DNA of 64,000 bases from Gemmatales bacterium (GCA_041640595.1 JBEPZY010000003.1:52673-116672), one strand, 5' to 3'. Positions 39,445 to 50,595 are shown, numbered from the stretch's first letter. The notes: a model not told the origin generated them from the letters alone. Made by a program: numbers and translations.

Positions 39445-40818
39445 TCACGAGGGTACCTGGGCGTTGTGTTCGGGCGAGCGAGACACTACCGGGGAGGTCT
39501 GCACGATTTCAAACTCCGCCGGAATCGTGCGCTTGGCGAATAAGCTTTCGGGCAGTTCGATCCCGGCGGCGCGGATGCGTTCCAGACAGCGAGGCACCTT
39601 GCCGGTCGCGTAAAACTCGCCGTAGGCCACCCCGTCGCGCACTCCGTATTGCCGAAAGCCAAAAATATCCCGCACCACGTAATTGCGATTGCGTAAGCCT
39701 ACCAGTTCGGAAATGCGCGTAACTTTGCGGGCGCCGCCTTTGAGTCGGCTCAGGTGCACGATGAAGGTAATCGCCGAGGCGATGTACTGCCGAATCACGG
39801 GCACAGGCATTTCGTAGCCGGCCATCATCACCATCATTTCCAGCCGCGCCAGAGCGTCGCGGGTATCGTTGGCATGGACGGTGGTCAACGAACCTTCGTG
39901 GCCGGTGTTCATGGCCTGCAACATATCCAGTGCTTCGGGGCCGCGACATTCGCCGATGATGATCCGGTCGGGCCGCATCCGTAACGCATTGCGCACCAGG
40001 TCCCGCTGCCGGACTTCGCCTACGCCTTCCAGGTTGGCTGGCCGGGTCTCCAGTCGCACGACATGCGGCTGCTGCAATTTCAACTCCGCGGAATCTTCGA
40101 TAGTCACCAGCCGTTCGTCGGCGGGGATATAGCGGGACAACACGTTGAGCAAAGTCGTCTTGCCTGTGCCCGCCCCGCCGGAAATGATCATGCTGATCCG
40201 CGCCTCGACCGCCGCCCGTAACAGCGCCAGAAATTCGACCGGCATGGTGCCGTTCTGAATCAGTTGCTCGGCGGTCAGGTGAGCACCGAAACGGCGAATG
40301 GAAAGCACCGGCCCATCGAGAGCCAGCGGCGGGGCAATGGCATTGACCCGGGAACCATCCGGCAGACGAGCATCCACCATCGGCGACATTTCGTCGAGTC
40401 GGCGACCCACGCGTGCCACGATCCGCTGAATCATCTGCATCAGGTGCTCGTTATCGGCAAAACAGACCGGCACCTGTTCCAGCCGACCGTTTCGCTCGAC
40501 GTAAACCGTCTGCGGGCCGTTGACCAGAATATCGCTGATGGTCGGATCGTTCATCAACGGTTCGAGCGGACCCAGCCCGAACACTTCGTCGAGAATTTCG
40601 TTGACCAGGCGTTCGCGCTCGGCCGGGGTCTTGAGTTCGGGAACATTCTCCACCAGTTGCTGGGCGAGTTTTTTGACCTCCTTGCGCAAACGATCCTGAC
40701 CCCATCGGCTCAACCGCGACAGGTCGAGCATTTCAACGATTTTGCGGTGAATGTCCGCCTTCAGCTTTTGCAAATGCTGATGGGGCGTACCGGCCGGTTG
40801 TTGCCCGGGATGGAACAT
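39445..40818 (-). CDS. cpaF: CpaF/TadA pilus assembly ATPase
   Basis: [29 protein letters not shown] Walker [22 protein letters not shown]; start 40818 or 40857. Confidence 0.95.
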   Translation of the reverse strand: MFHPGQQPAGTPHQHLQKLKADIHRKIVEMLDLSRLSRWGQDRLRKEVKKLAQQLVENVPELKTPAERERLVNEILDEVFGLGPLEPLMNDPTISDILVNGPQTVYVERNGRLEQVPVCFADNEHLMQMIQRIVARVGRRLDEMSPMVDARLPDGSRVNAIAPPLALDGPVLSIRRFGAHLTAEQLIQNGTMPVEFLALLRAAVEARISMIISGGAGTGKTTLLNVLSRYIPADERLVTIEDSAELKLQQPHVVRLETRPANLEGVGEVRQRDLVRNALRMRPDRIIIGECRGPEALDMLQAMNTGHEGSLTTVHANDTRDALARLEMMVMMAGYEMPVPVIRQYIASAITFIVHLSRLKGGARKVTRISELVGLRNRNYVVRDIFGFRQYGVRDGVAYGEFYATGKVPRCLERIRAAGIELPESLFAKRTIPAEFEIVQTSPVVSRSPEHNAQVPS

Positions 40819-40965
40819 GGACGCCTCGGAATAGTTGACCGTACTCCTACCGGCCACCGCATGGCCGATATTCCAGCTCCCCGTTGCCGACGGTGATCTC
40901 CGCTTACGGGCGTTCCATGCTCGGCGAATGGTCCTGCCGCTATCCTCGCTCGAACCGCCGGCAGT

Positions 40966-42429
40966 TCACTCAGCTAATTGTATCCGGATGAGATACGGAT
41001 TGGGCTGCGTCAGGTAGGGATTCTGTATCGCCTGTTCGGAAGCCTGAGCGGAGGGGCGATCGCTGGCCACGATAGCGGTTCGTGTTACCAGCAGCTGCGG
41101 TTCCAGAGTGATTTCCAGGTAGGTTTCCGCAGTGGAGCTTTTCATTTCCACGTGCAAAATTCGTGCCGCCACAAAACCCACAATTGCCGCCTGCCAACCG
41201 GTCGGCTGGTCATCTTCCTGATCGTGTTCCTGCTCGGTTGCCGACCCGGTAACGAAACCGGCAAACAACGGCCAGATGCGCACTTCCTGACGCTGCTGCA
41301 GCGAAGTCAGAGCGACGATCAGCTGCGGACGTTCGGCATCATCCAGACGCCATCCCATCGGCCAGCACGCGACCGCACGGTAACCGACGGTCGGTTCGAT
41401 GACGAATTGCCCGGCCCATTGCGGATCGTCGAGATCGTGCGAGACAAGACCGGTCAGCACCTGGCGAACCGTATCGGCTCGGTTGCCCGTACCGATTTTC
41501 AGCACGCAGGCGCTGCCGCGAGTGGTTCGTTCTTCGGATGGGTTCGGCGAGTTTCCCGACGGTGATGGGGGCAGCGTGGCATTGGAAAGAGGTTGACCGG
41601 GGGACGAAACCTGGTTCGTGGCCGTAGTCGAGGCGGCGATCGGCAAGCGGAAGATCAGTCTGGGTGGTTCCTCCTGGCCCGGAAAGTTGGCCGAACCCGC
41701 GAACGTTCCGGGTGCGGCGAGCGATTCGTTTCCGCTGGCGGGTCGCATCGGGCTGCTCGGTCGCAAAAACGCTCCCTGTAAGGCGAGCTGAGTTTCCCAG
41801 GCATCGGGGGTCCGGCCAGTCGGATCGCTGAGCAGGGCCAGCGGCACCAGAGGAACGGCCTGGCCATCGGTGCAGCGAAAGCCGCTGATCCGCCGTTCTA
41901 AAACTGCCACTGCCTGAGCCTGTACGCTGGCCAGCGACCAGCCGAAGAGCGGGCCCAGGATCAAACCGGCCGGGTTTCCGTGCTTGCGATCGCGGCGAAC
42001 GGTCAGACGCACGGCGTTCGGCCAGGGACTGTCCAAATCTTCCCATCGGGCCGGGACAAAACCGCTACGGCGATCGTAAAAGCCAAACACGATGTCGCCG
42101 TCGGCGTCGTTCTCAGGATTGGGCAACAGGTGTAACGCTGCCTCGCCGCTGTGTTCCTGAACATAGCGAGCAGCGCTGCGGTAAGCTGCCTCCTGGGCCG
42201 AAGGGGGGAGCGTTTCGCTCATCCACGGGGAAAGCTGTTCCGCCCAGGCATAAGCTGCGGCCAGGACTGCGGCATCGGCGACGGTGCGCAATTCCGCCTG
42301 GGTATTCCACACCACGCCCAGGTCCACAGCCAGCACCAGTACGGCCAGTAGCACACCGAGCAAAATCAGACCCCACACAGCCGCACCACCCGGTCGCCCT
42401 TGTGCCGGCATCGTTTTTCTCCACGCCAT
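40966..42429 (-). CDS. TadG-like pseudopilin/tip protein
   Basis: N-terminal hydrophobic helix then LAVDLG...ELRTVADAAVLAAA; PNAVRLTVRR. Confidence 0.75.
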   Translation of the reverse strand: MAWRKTMPAQGRPGGAAVWGLILLGVLLAVLVLAVDLGVVWNTQAELRTVADAAVLAAAYAWAEQLSPWMSETLPPSAQEAAYRSAARYVQEHSGEAALHLLPNPENDADGDIVFGFYDRRSGFVPARWEDLDSPWPNAVRLTVRRDRKHGNPAGLILGPLFGWSLASVQAQAVAVLERRISGFRCTDGQAVPLVPLALLSDPTGRTPDAWETQLALQGAFLRPSSPMRPASGNESLAAPGTFAGSANFPGQEEPPRLIFRLPIAASTTATNQVSSPGQPLSNATLPPSPSGNSPNPSEERTTRGSACVLKIGTGNRADTVRQVLTGLVSHDLDDPQWAGQFVIEPTVGYRAVACWPMGWRLDDAERPQLIVALTSLQQRQEVRIWPLFAGFVTGSATEQEHDQEDDQPTGWQAAIVGFVAARILHVEMKSSTAETYLEITLEPQLLVTRTAIVASDRPSAQASEQAIQNPYLTQPNPYLIRIQLAE

Positions 42430-42659
42430 CGTTTACCACGTTGAGGATCAGCAAAATGGGGAGGAGGTCAGCACCGTGGCAGCAAAAGTTTCCAGTAAAA
42501 GAAGGGCGGGAGATTGCCGCCCGTGTATCCGTCCTGTTGCGACTCTCACAAGCTGAGGGGCGTGGCGTTGCCGGTGTCAACGCCAAAAGCAGCTAGGGCA
42601 CCTGGGAGCGGTCATCGAGACTCTGCCGTGCGCTGAACCAGCGCGGGGGATCGCGGCGG

Positions 42660-43910
42660 TCACCCAGCTCCCGACCGGACAACGGCTCGACCCGTTTGCG
42701 GATCACAGACGACATCGGGGCAACGGTACTGGAGTCGTATCGCCTCGCCCGACCAGGTCAAGTCGCCGGCCTCGGTGAGGACTTCGTAGCGGGGCAGTTT
42801 GTAGCTGGCGGGAGCGGTAACCGCGGTCGGGAACACATGCGGCTCGCCGGGTTTGACACCGACCACACGCTGCACCGTTGTCGGTGGCGGTGGTGCGGGC
42901 GGTTGCCGCAATCGCAAATCCAGAATGCGGGCCAGGTCCTGATCGGTAATCATCCGCTGGCCTCGCAAAACATCACGCACGCGAAAGTTCTCCCATCGGT
43001 ATTCCTCGCTGCTTCCTAAATGATAGGTCAGATAGCGTTTGGGATCATCGGCGGGCAACTTGGCCAGCTCAGCTTCGTACTGGAGAATTTCCTGGGCGGT
43101 CATGCCAACCAGCCGCGTCGGGAAGACGCCCTTATCTTCCAGGAAGGCCTGCCGGCGATTTTCCAGTTCCAGTTTTCGCTCGACATCGCTGATGGGGATG
43201 AGCGTGATCAGTCCGCGATCCTTGGCGTATTCCAGAAGTGCCGCCCGATACGGGTTGGTTTCGATGATGAAATTGGTCACACACATGCTGTACGGTCGGC
43301 AATTCGGCCAGAGAACATTGCGGCGGACAATGACACGGGCATCCCGAACGATAATCCCTTCCGCGGTGGCAGGCAAACCGAGTCGGCATAGCTCGGCCAG
43401 GCTCAGACAATCGTGGCTGGCTTCCGCGGTGGTTTTGATGAGCACATCCACATAATCGCCGACGCGGATCAGACCGCCTCCCGATTCGGTGATCGGCAGT
43501 TGCAGGTTCACTGCTCGCATGCCGGGCGTAACGCGCTCCGCCAGTTGTTCCTTATAGGTTTCGAGAGGTTCGAGAGCATCTTCAGTAATGGGCTGGTCGG
43601 CGGGAATGGGTTTGATGGCGACCCGCCCAACGGCTGCCGGAACATAAGCGGGAAGTAAGCGCTGCTTGGCATACAGTTCGCGCTCATTGGGACGCTCCTG
43701 GCGAACTCGCACGTCTTCCTCGGTGATACACTTCCCGGCATAGATATTCCGAGCCGCCACCAGAATCGGCGGGCGCGTTTGTTCCTGCTGCGCCTGGGCC
43801 TGGCTTGGTTGCAAACCGAACCATTCCGGTTTCGCCCAGCGTACCAGCACAACCGCCAGCAGACCGACAACGACAGCAATGATAGCAGCCAGAATCGTGG
43901 TGGGTCGCAT
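42660..43910 (-). CDS. cpaB: CpaB/RcpC pilus assembly protein (SAF domain)
   Basis: ILVAARNIYAG, GRVAIKPIPADQPI, PGMRAV, GGLIRVGDYVDVL. Confidence 0.88.
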   Translation of the reverse strand: MRPTTILAAIIAVVVGLLAVVLVRWAKPEWFGLQPSQAQAQQEQTRPPILVAARNIYAGKCITEEDVRVRQERPNERELYAKQRLLPAYVPAAVGRVAIKPIPADQPITEDALEPLETYKEQLAERVTPGMRAVNLQLPITESGGGLIRVGDYVDVLIKTTAEASHDCLSLAELCRLGLPATAEGIIVRDARVIVRRNVLWPNCRPYSMCVTNFIIETNPYRAALLEYAKDRGLITLIPISDVERKLELENRRQAFLEDKGVFPTRLVGMTAQEILQYEAELAKLPADDPKRYLTYHLGSSEEYRWENFRVRDVLRGQRMITDQDLARILDLRLRQPPAPPPPTTVQRVVGVKPGEPHVFPTAVTAPASYKLPRYEVLTEAGDLTWSGEAIRLQYRCPDVVCDPQTGRAVVRSGAG

Positions 43911-44037
43911 AGGGTCTCACTCCCGATGATCGTGGAAGCGTCTCGCTTGTTGTTGCGGAGCCGCGGACAGTGTTCGGCGTATAGTCAGCGGCGGGAAGCC
44001 TTGCTTCCCGAAAATGGTCGTCGCCGTCGGGGCAGGT

Positions 44038-44499
44038 TCATTCGCGTCGCCAGACCGTGTGCACCTCCAGCACCATGCCCTGGAGGCTGAATCCAGCGAA
44101 ACGAAGCAAATCCGGCGCCGCACACGTAGCCGGTATTCGTAGCCGCACCCGTACCGTGGTTCCCGCGGGAATTTCGCCTGGCTCGGAAACAGCGTGGCCC
44201 TGGTCGTCTTCGAGACACAATTCGGTGTGGCTGGCCCGGGTTTCGCCCAGATACTGACACACTGCCGCATGAATCCGGCTGCGAGGATGACCGAGTGCGG
44301 CCAGGCGTCCCGCTTCCCGACATGCTCCCCACAGCTGGTGCCGGCAACTCAAAAGCAGGCCGAACTCCACACTCCCCAGCGCCACCAGCAACAGAACCGG
44401 CAGCACCAGCAACGCTTCCACCGTCAGCGATCCTCCTCGGGATCGACCGGGCAGGTCTCGCATCGTCAGCCGTTGCCGATTGCCGGGTTGCTGGTTCAT
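44038..44499 (-). CDS. tadE: TadE-like pseudopilin
   Basis: RG-GSLTVEALLVLPVLLLVALGSVEFG...ACREAGRLA; ATGA overlap with the peptidase stop. Confidence 0.85.
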   Translation of the reverse strand: MNQQPGNRQRLTMRDLPGRSRGGSLTVEALLVLPVLLLVALGSVEFGLLLSCRHQLWGACREAGRLAALGHPRSRIHAAVCQYLGETRASHTELCLEDDQGHAVSEPGEIPAGTTVRVRLRIPATCAAPDLLRFAGFSLQGMVLEVHTVWRRE

Positions 44500-45203
44500 A
44501 GCGAAGATGTTTGTCCGGTGTTCGTCGGGGAGTGCCAGTTCGATGCCCAGGGTAGCCGCAGTTCCTCCCGGAATTTCCATCCCAGCACCAGAGCCAGGCT
44601 GATGGCCAGTGGCAAGGAAAAACTCATCAGCCGTTTCGGTCGCTCTCCCTGCTGCACCATTTCCTGCACAGTTCGTTCCTGGTCGCGGCGGGGAGAAGAG
44701 CGTCCGTATCGTCGGGGCCGATCGCCTCCGGCTTGCGCCACCAGCTCGCGTCGTCGCCCCGCAAGCAGCAGAAAGATGCCTTTGACTGAAGCCAGCACCG
44801 CTACCACGAAGATACTTGCTCCCAGTACCCACAGGGCCAGGTTCGGCCCCGTCCAGGTAGCGATGGCTGCGAAGAGTTTGACATCTCCGCCACCGCAGGT
44901 GCGTAGCAGCCATAACGCAAAGAACAGGCCAAAACCGGTCACAAATCCGGCCAGGGCAAACACCAGTCCATCCAGCGCTCCCCAGAAAATTCCCGGCGGC
45001 AACAACCAGACCGCAATTTCCTGGCTCCCCAACCAGGCGCCGCGAACCATCTGCAACACCGTTCCCGCCACCAGCAGAGCCAGGCTCAGCGCTTTGGGAA
45101 TCACGTACCGACGAAAATCCACATACGCGGCCGCTAACACCAGCCCCAGTAACAGCGCTAACCACAGCCAACCAAACCAGACCTCCGGAAAAAATCGCGG
45201 CAT
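44496..45203 (-). CDS. A24-family prepilin peptidase (CpaA/TadV)
   Basis: AAYVDFRRYVIP and GGGDVKL aspartate motifs; AGGAG RBS before ATG 45203. Confidence 0.9.
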   Translation of the reverse strand: MPRFFPEVWFGWLWLALLLGLVLAAAYVDFRRYVIPKALSLALLVAGTVLQMVRGAWLGSQEIAVWLLPPGIFWGALDGLVFALAGFVTGFGLFFALWLLRTCGGGDVKLFAAIATWTGPNLALWVLGASIFVVAVLASVKGIFLLLAGRRRELVAQAGGDRPRRYGRSSPRRDQERTVQEMVQQGERPKRLMSFSLPLAISLALVLGWKFREELRLPWASNWHSPTNTGQTSSL

Positions 45204-45267
45204 CGTTGCTCCTTTCGCAGACCAACCATCCCCGGGTGCCAGGGAAAAATTACGCAACCATCGCGCC

Positions 45268-45307
45268 AAAAACAATCAGGCGGACCCCGTGAATCAGGAT
45301 CCGCCTG
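45268..45307 (-). terminator. Terminator-like hairpin between the pilins and the peptidase
   Basis: CAGGCGGA...TCCGCCTG stem followed on the minus strand by ATTGTTTTT. Confidence 0.6.
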
Positions 45308-45393
45308 TCGTTTTCGGCTACCTGCGACCGCACTGTCCCAGCTTGGTATGCCATCACGCCGGGCCGGCTACCGGCAAGGCGATTCCTAAAAGA

Positions 45394-45714
45394 TTATTCG
45401 TCGCAAGCACCGCCCAGCCGGTTAACCGTGCGCTGAGCTTCGCAGGTGTCAATGTCGTAAGTCCGGGCAGCACCGTCGCTGAACTCGGAGCCACCTACGC
45501 TAGCACAGCAACCACTCACCCCCTTGTACAGATAGGAGGTGTTGATGTTGCCAATGGCATTAGCGAGGTCTTCGAATTCGTTGAGGACGGCCTGCTGGAC
45601 GCTCTTGAGGCCCACCACCATTGCCAGGACAAGAATGGTCGCCAGCAAAATCCATTCGAACGACAACAGCGCTCCGCTGTCATCCATCCATAGCTTGAAG
45701 AAAACGTCACGCAT
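45394..45714 (-). CDS. flp: Flp-like pilin 1 with Cys-containing C-terminal extension
   Basis: LWMDDSG-ALLSFEWILLATILVLAMVVGL; 106 aa; AGGAG RBS. Confidence 0.85.
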   Translation of the reverse strand: MRDVFFKLWMDDSGALLSFEWILLATILVLAMVVGLKSVQQAVLNEFEDLANAIGNINTSYLYKGVSGCCASVGGSEFSDGAARTYDIDTCEAQRTVNRLGGACDE

Positions 45715-45784
45715 GGGCTTCTCCTGATTTGGCTACATCGGTGGAAATAAGTGCCCTATGCCCGCCAGGCAGGCCCCACAGAAA

Positions 45785-46105
45785 TTACTCGTCGCAAGGA
45801 CCGCCCAGACGGTTGACCGTCCGCTGACCTTCGCAGGTGTCAATGATGTAAGTCCGGGCAGCACCGTCACTAAACGCCGAACCGCCCACGCTGGCGCAGC
45901 AGCCAGAAGCACCGCTGTACTGGTAGGTGGTGTTGATGTTGCCAATTGCGTTGGCCAGGTCTTCGAACTCGTTGAGCACTGCTTGCTGGACGCTCTTGAG
46001 GCCGACGACCATTGCCAGCACGAGAATCGTTGCCAGCAGAATCCACTCGAACGACAGCAAAGCACCGCTGTCATCCCGCCACAGACGAAGGAGCACACTG
46101 CGCAT
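45785..46105 (-). CDS. flp: Flp-like pilin 2 (close paralogue of pilin 1)
   Basis: LWRDDSG-ALLSFEWILL; 106 aa from ATG 46105 with GGAGG RBS. Confidence 0.85.
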   Translation of the reverse strand: MRSVLLRLWRDDSGALLSFEWILLATILVLAMVVGLKSVQQAVLNEFEDLANAIGNINTTYQYSGASGCCASVGGSAFSDGAARTYIIDTCEGQRTVNRLGGPCDE

Positions 46106-46390
46106 GGTCCGTTCCTCCCTTAGGGTGTTGAGGGGAATCAACGAGTGCACCTGCGACCGCCGCAGGTCTGCACGTACCTGTCCGAGATTCACCGGCCGGT
46201 TTCTCTCGGTAGCGGTGGCTAACAAAAGCAAACCCTGCGCCAAATGTAAAAGTTTCTCTAACCAATGAAACCGGGTGATTCTTTCACGCAACTCCTTTCG
46301 AGTGAACAAGTTGCAATAAGGCACCAAGCCGGATTGATACAAGCGTACTTCCCGCGAGGCCCCACTGTGTTTCCGTTTGGAAACACTCCC

Positions 46391-46493
46391 GTTTACAGGT
46401 GTAAACACTTGTTAACACCGAGCTGCCAACAATAGGGGTCTGCCATGACATGGGCACTGTTAAGTTTACAGGTGTAAACATTTGTTAACACCG
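46391..46493. promoter_or_regulatory. Twin 30-bp palindromic direct repeat upstream of the pilin operon, period 73 bp
   Basis: GTTTACAGGTGTAAACAYTTGTTAACACCG at 46391 and 46464; contains GTTTACA-GG-TGTAAAC and TGTTAACA palindromes. Confidence 0.6.
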
Positions 46494-46544
46494 TTCCGCC
46501 GCCAGCCAGCGGACGATTAACCTCTGCCAGCACAAGCACTTCCA

Positions 46545-48490
46545 AGAGGCAGAACAACGTTCGGCGAACGACGACCCCCGCATCAAGAGCGGCGACCGTC
46601 AGCCCGCCGTGGGTCGGGAATGCGAACGCTGTCCGGTGAGAGTTGAGTAATGTTCGGGGACTGGCGAATTCACAACCAAGAGCGGCGGGCGTGAGCCCGC
46701 CGTGGTGTGTTAAACCGACCCCGCGCCGTGAGAATCGAGCGCTGTTCAGCAACTTGCGAAACGACCACCAAAACCGGCGTGGTCAGCCCGCCGTGGGTCG
46801 GTAACGGGCCGCGCTTGCAGGGCATAGCAAACAATGTTCGGCGAATAACGACCGCCGCATCAAGAGCGGCGGGCGTCAGCCCGCCGTGGGTCGGGAGTCG
46901 CACCGGCAATGTCGATCGGTTTTCGTGGAGTGATTACGTTCACCACCGCACGATCGGATGGTACCCCACGGCTGGCTCACGCCAGCCGCTCCTGGTGCAC
47001 GAAGCCGGTCCGCTGAAATATAGCGACATTCGCGATGCACAAACGCGCGTTCACGAGAGCGGCGGGCGTGAGCCCGCCGTGGTTAGGGAAACGCACTTGC
47101 CAGTACGCCTCCGCAAAGTCGCGGGAGTCTGTTAACGGTGCGATCACGAACCCCGGTGCAGTCGCCGTAGCGAATCCACGGGGGCTAACGCGCCCCGCTC
47201 TTGGTGGTCCTGCGGTACGGACATTTGCCGGCGAAACTGCGACTTGTGCGATACACGAACGCTCGTTTACAAGAGCAGCGACCGTCAGCCCGCCGTGGAT
47301 CGGGAGTCGCACCGGCAATGGCGATCGGTTTTTGTGGAGTGATTACGTTCACCAGGCACGATCGGATGGTACACCACGGCTGGCTTACGTTAGCCGCTCC
47401 TGGTGCCGCTCTTGGTGGAGGCACGCGAATCGTCGCAAATGTGCGGTGGCGCTTTGCACGGGCGATTCGTTTCACAACCACGGCTGGCTTACGCCGGCCG
47501 CTCTTGGTGCACGACGCCGGTCCGCTGAAAAATAACGACATGCGCGGTGCACAAACGCACGTTCACAAGAGCGGCGGGCGTCAGCCCGCCGTGGGTCGGT
47601 AACCCTTCGCGCGTACAGAGCGGAGAGAGCAATTTTCGGCCAACGACGCCCGCCGCATCAAGATCGGCGAACCGTCGACCCGCCGTGGTGCGGAAACCGC
47701 ACCTGCAATGTCGATCGGTTTTCGCGGAGTGATTACGTTCAGCAGGCACGATCGGGTGGTACGCCACGGCTGGCTTACGCCAGCCGCTCCTGGTGCCGCT
47801 CTTGACGGGCGCACGCGAATCGTTGCGGTTACGTGGCTCCCTTTTTGCACGGGCGATTCGTTTCACAACCACGGCTGGATTACGTCAGCCGCTCCTGGTG
47901 CGCGACGCCGGTCCGCTGAAAAAAGCGACATTCGCGGTGCTCGAACGCACGTTCACGAGAGCGGCGACCGTCAGCCCGCCGTGGTTCGGTAACGTAACGT
48001 CCTTGCGAACCGGAAACGCCGATCGACAACCGCATCCGTATGTGCGACTAGGAGCGGCCGGCGTTACCCCGCCGGGCTACGGTAACGTGTCGCGCTTGCA
48101 GAGCGCAGCGAAAAATGTTCCGCGAACACCGACTGCCGCATCAAGAGCGGCGGGCGTGAGCCCGCCGTGGTTCGGAAACGGATCGCGCCTGCGGGGCACG
48201 GCGAACAATTTTCGGCCAATAACGGGCGCCGAACCAACATCGGCGAACCGTCAGCCCGCCGTGGGTCGGGAATCGCACCTGCAATGGCGATCCGTTTTCG
48301 TCGAGTGATTACGTTCGGCACGCACGATCGGATGGTGTGCCACGGCTGGCTTACGGAAGCCGCTCCTGTTGCCGCTCTTGGTGGACGCATGCGAATCGTT
48401 GCAAACATGCGGCTCCGCTTTGCACGGGCGAATCGTTTCACAGCCACGGCTGGCTTACGCCAGCCGCTCTCTCCTGGTGCCGCTCGTGGT
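46545..48490. repeat. REP/BIME-like mosaic cluster 3 (largest)
   Basis: About 20 hairpins with the same linker set as clusters 1 and 2. Confidence 0.9.
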
Positions 48491-49138
48491 GCCCCATGGA
48501 TGAACATGCGCGAATGGTTGCGGATGTGCGGTAGCGTTTCGGCGGGCCAATGCGTTTTCTGTCGGGCGGGATTTTCGCGTGTGCTGTGCGTTAGCGGCAG
48601 CATGTGTATTATGGCAGTGAAGCGTCCGCAGCGTACTCACACCGGCTTGCCCAATGTGCGACAGCTGACGCGACTTGGTAAATCCTGATAAAAGCGTGTC
48701 GTCACGAAAGCTTGCCCCACGTGTGATCAGCTAATGCGACCCGGCGGCAGGGTATTCCCAACGCTTCCAATGCCACGGTCTCGCATAGCTGACGGCCTCG
48801 TGTCAGTGGCGACGACAGATAGCAGAATACCGCCAACGCTTCTACTGGCATGGGCTTGCCGAACGTCCGATGAGATAGCATGACGCACTGGCGCAAAACG
48901 GGTCGAACGCTACTGCTCGCGTTCGCCTGTCGAATGTGCGGCCGGCTGGCGCGGGGGAACACGGGAGAATATTCCGAACGCGCCTGCCGGGCTTGCTTGC
49001 CGGATGTCTGATCGCCTAACGCCGGCAGACACGCTCGCATTCAGGAACCACTCACGCGGTAGGAACCACTCATCCGCCTGGCTTTCGCAGTGTGTGATCG
49101 GCCAGCGCGGCTGAACCGTGCTTTGTGGATAGGCGACC

Positions 49139-50464
49139 ATGAGCGAATATGTGTTCCCGCCGGTATTTCGCCTGACTCAGCGGTGGCATCAGCCGGAAGT
49201 GACTGATGTAGCCGGGGCAGTCCGCGAGGCGATTTTGGGATCGCGGTTGCGGCAACGGTTGCCCGCGCGGGCGCGGGTAGCGATAGCGGTCGGCAGTCGT
49301 GGCATTTACCGCCTGGCCGAGATGGTGCGTGCTGCGGTGCAAACCGTGCGGGAACTCGGAGCCGAACCGTTCATTGTCGCGGCGATGGGAAGTCATGGTG
49401 GAGCCACTCCCGAAGGACAGCGTGCGTTGCTGGCCAGTTACGGGGTTACCGAGGAGGCGATGGGAGTTGCGGTGCGCACCGAAATGGACGTGGTCGAACT
49501 CGGCCGCAATTCCTGGGGCGAACCGGTTTACTGGGACCGCAACGCTTTCCAGGCCGACGCGGTGATCGCGCTGGCTCGGGTCAAACCGCACACCGATTTT
49601 CGCGGCCGATATGAAAGCGGCATCGTCAAAATGCTCGTTATCGGTCTGGGCAAACGTGCCGGTGCCGAAACGCATCACAAGTACGGGGTGCGGGGTCTGC
49701 GGGACATGATTCCGGAGTCAGTGAAAGTTGTGCTGGCCAGAGCGCCGTTTGCACTGGGTCTGGCAATTCTGGAAAATGCTCGCGAACACACTGCCCGCGT
49801 TGTCGCTGTCGAACCGGAAGAATTGCTGCAACGCGAACCGCTGCTCCTGGAAGAGGCCCGTCAGCTCATGCCCCGCCTGCCGTTTGGGCAACTCGATTTG
49901 CTGGTGGTCGGCGAACTCGGCAAGAATTACAGCGGCACGGGTATGGACGTCAACGTGCTGGGTCGGCAACAGGTCGAAGGCGAACCTGACTCGCTCGACC
50001 CCCGCATCACCCGCATTTGCGTCCTCGACATCAGCGAAGAAAGTCATGGCAACGCTGTCGGTGTCGGTTTGGCCGACCTGACCACGCAGCGGCTGCTTTC
50101 GCGTATGGACGAACACGTTACTCAGGTGAACGCCCTGACCAGTTGCTTTCTGCTGCGAACGAAAATTCCCCCAGCATTTGCCAGCGATCGCGAATGCATT
50201 GCCATGGGCCTGAAAACGTGCTGGCAACCCCGCTTGAGCGAAGTTCGCATGGCTATCATTCCCAACACCCTGCAACTGGAAACGCTCTACGTAACCGCAC
50301 CGCTGGCCGAAGAGGCTCGCCAGCGCAGGCAGGCCATCGCTTCGGGCCAGGCAGTTTCCCTCGAAGTGGCCGACTCGCCGATCGCGTTGCCTTTCGATTT
50401 CGCAGGGTTTCTCCAGCAGGAACTGCTATTTCCCGACAGTATCCGTGCTCGTCGGCGGAACTGA
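49139..50464 (+). CDS. LarA-like (lactate racemase N-terminal/DUF362-like) protein
   Basis: AIAVGSRGI, AMGSHGGAT, RVKPHTDF, GKNYSGTGMD motifs. Confidence 0.78.
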   Translation: MSEYVFPPVFRLTQRWHQPEVTDVAGAVREAILGSRLRQRLPARARVAIAVGSRGIYRLAEMVRAAVQTVRELGAEPFIVAAMGSHGGATPEGQRALLASYGVTEEAMGVAVRTEMDVVELGRNSWGEPVYWDRNAFQADAVIALARVKPHTDFRGRYESGIVKMLVIGLGKRAGAETHHKYGVRGLRDMIPESVKVVLARAPFALGLAILENAREHTARVVAVEPEELLQREPLLLEEARQLMPRLPFGQLDLLVVGELGKNYSGTGMDVNVLGRQQVEGEPDSLDPRITRICVLDISEESHGNAVGVGLADLTTQRLLSRMDEHVTQVNALTSCFLLRTKIPPAFASDRECIAMGLKTCWQPRLSEVRMAIIPNTLQLETLYVTAPLAEEARQRRQAIASGQAVSLEVADSPIALPFDFAGFLQQELLFPDSIRARRRN

Positions 50465-50595
50465 CAAGGTGTCCGAGCCGTCAAAATTTTGGGAGAGTCT
50501 CGCGGAAGAACGCTGACTCCACCGCCTTGCGGCTAACCGGGTCGGACACTATAACGTCAGCGTCCGAGGCAACACCACAAAGGGGAGGAAGTGCC

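Noticed and set aside
44038..45225. 395 aa TadE fusion
   Set aside because: The upstream part overlaps the prepilin peptidase in another frame; TadE most likely starts at 44499 by ATGA coupling
44194..45693. 499 aa plus-strand ORF, and similar long antisense ORFs at 9138-10184, 15168-16214 and 53971-54954
   Set aside because: Shadow ORFs opposite well-supported genes in GC-rich DNA, with no recognisable motifs
46545..48490. REP clusters as CRISPR arrays
   Set aside because: Repeats alternate in orientation, linkers are long and reused rather than unique, and no cas genes are present
50017..50595. Long N-terminal extensions of ORF-track calls (also 3237-5060, 28511, 32013, 35488-36030, 45785-46408, 55226, 58733)
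   Set aside because: Downstream ATGs have RBS or signal peptides and match family starts; the extensions overlap other genes or look non-coding
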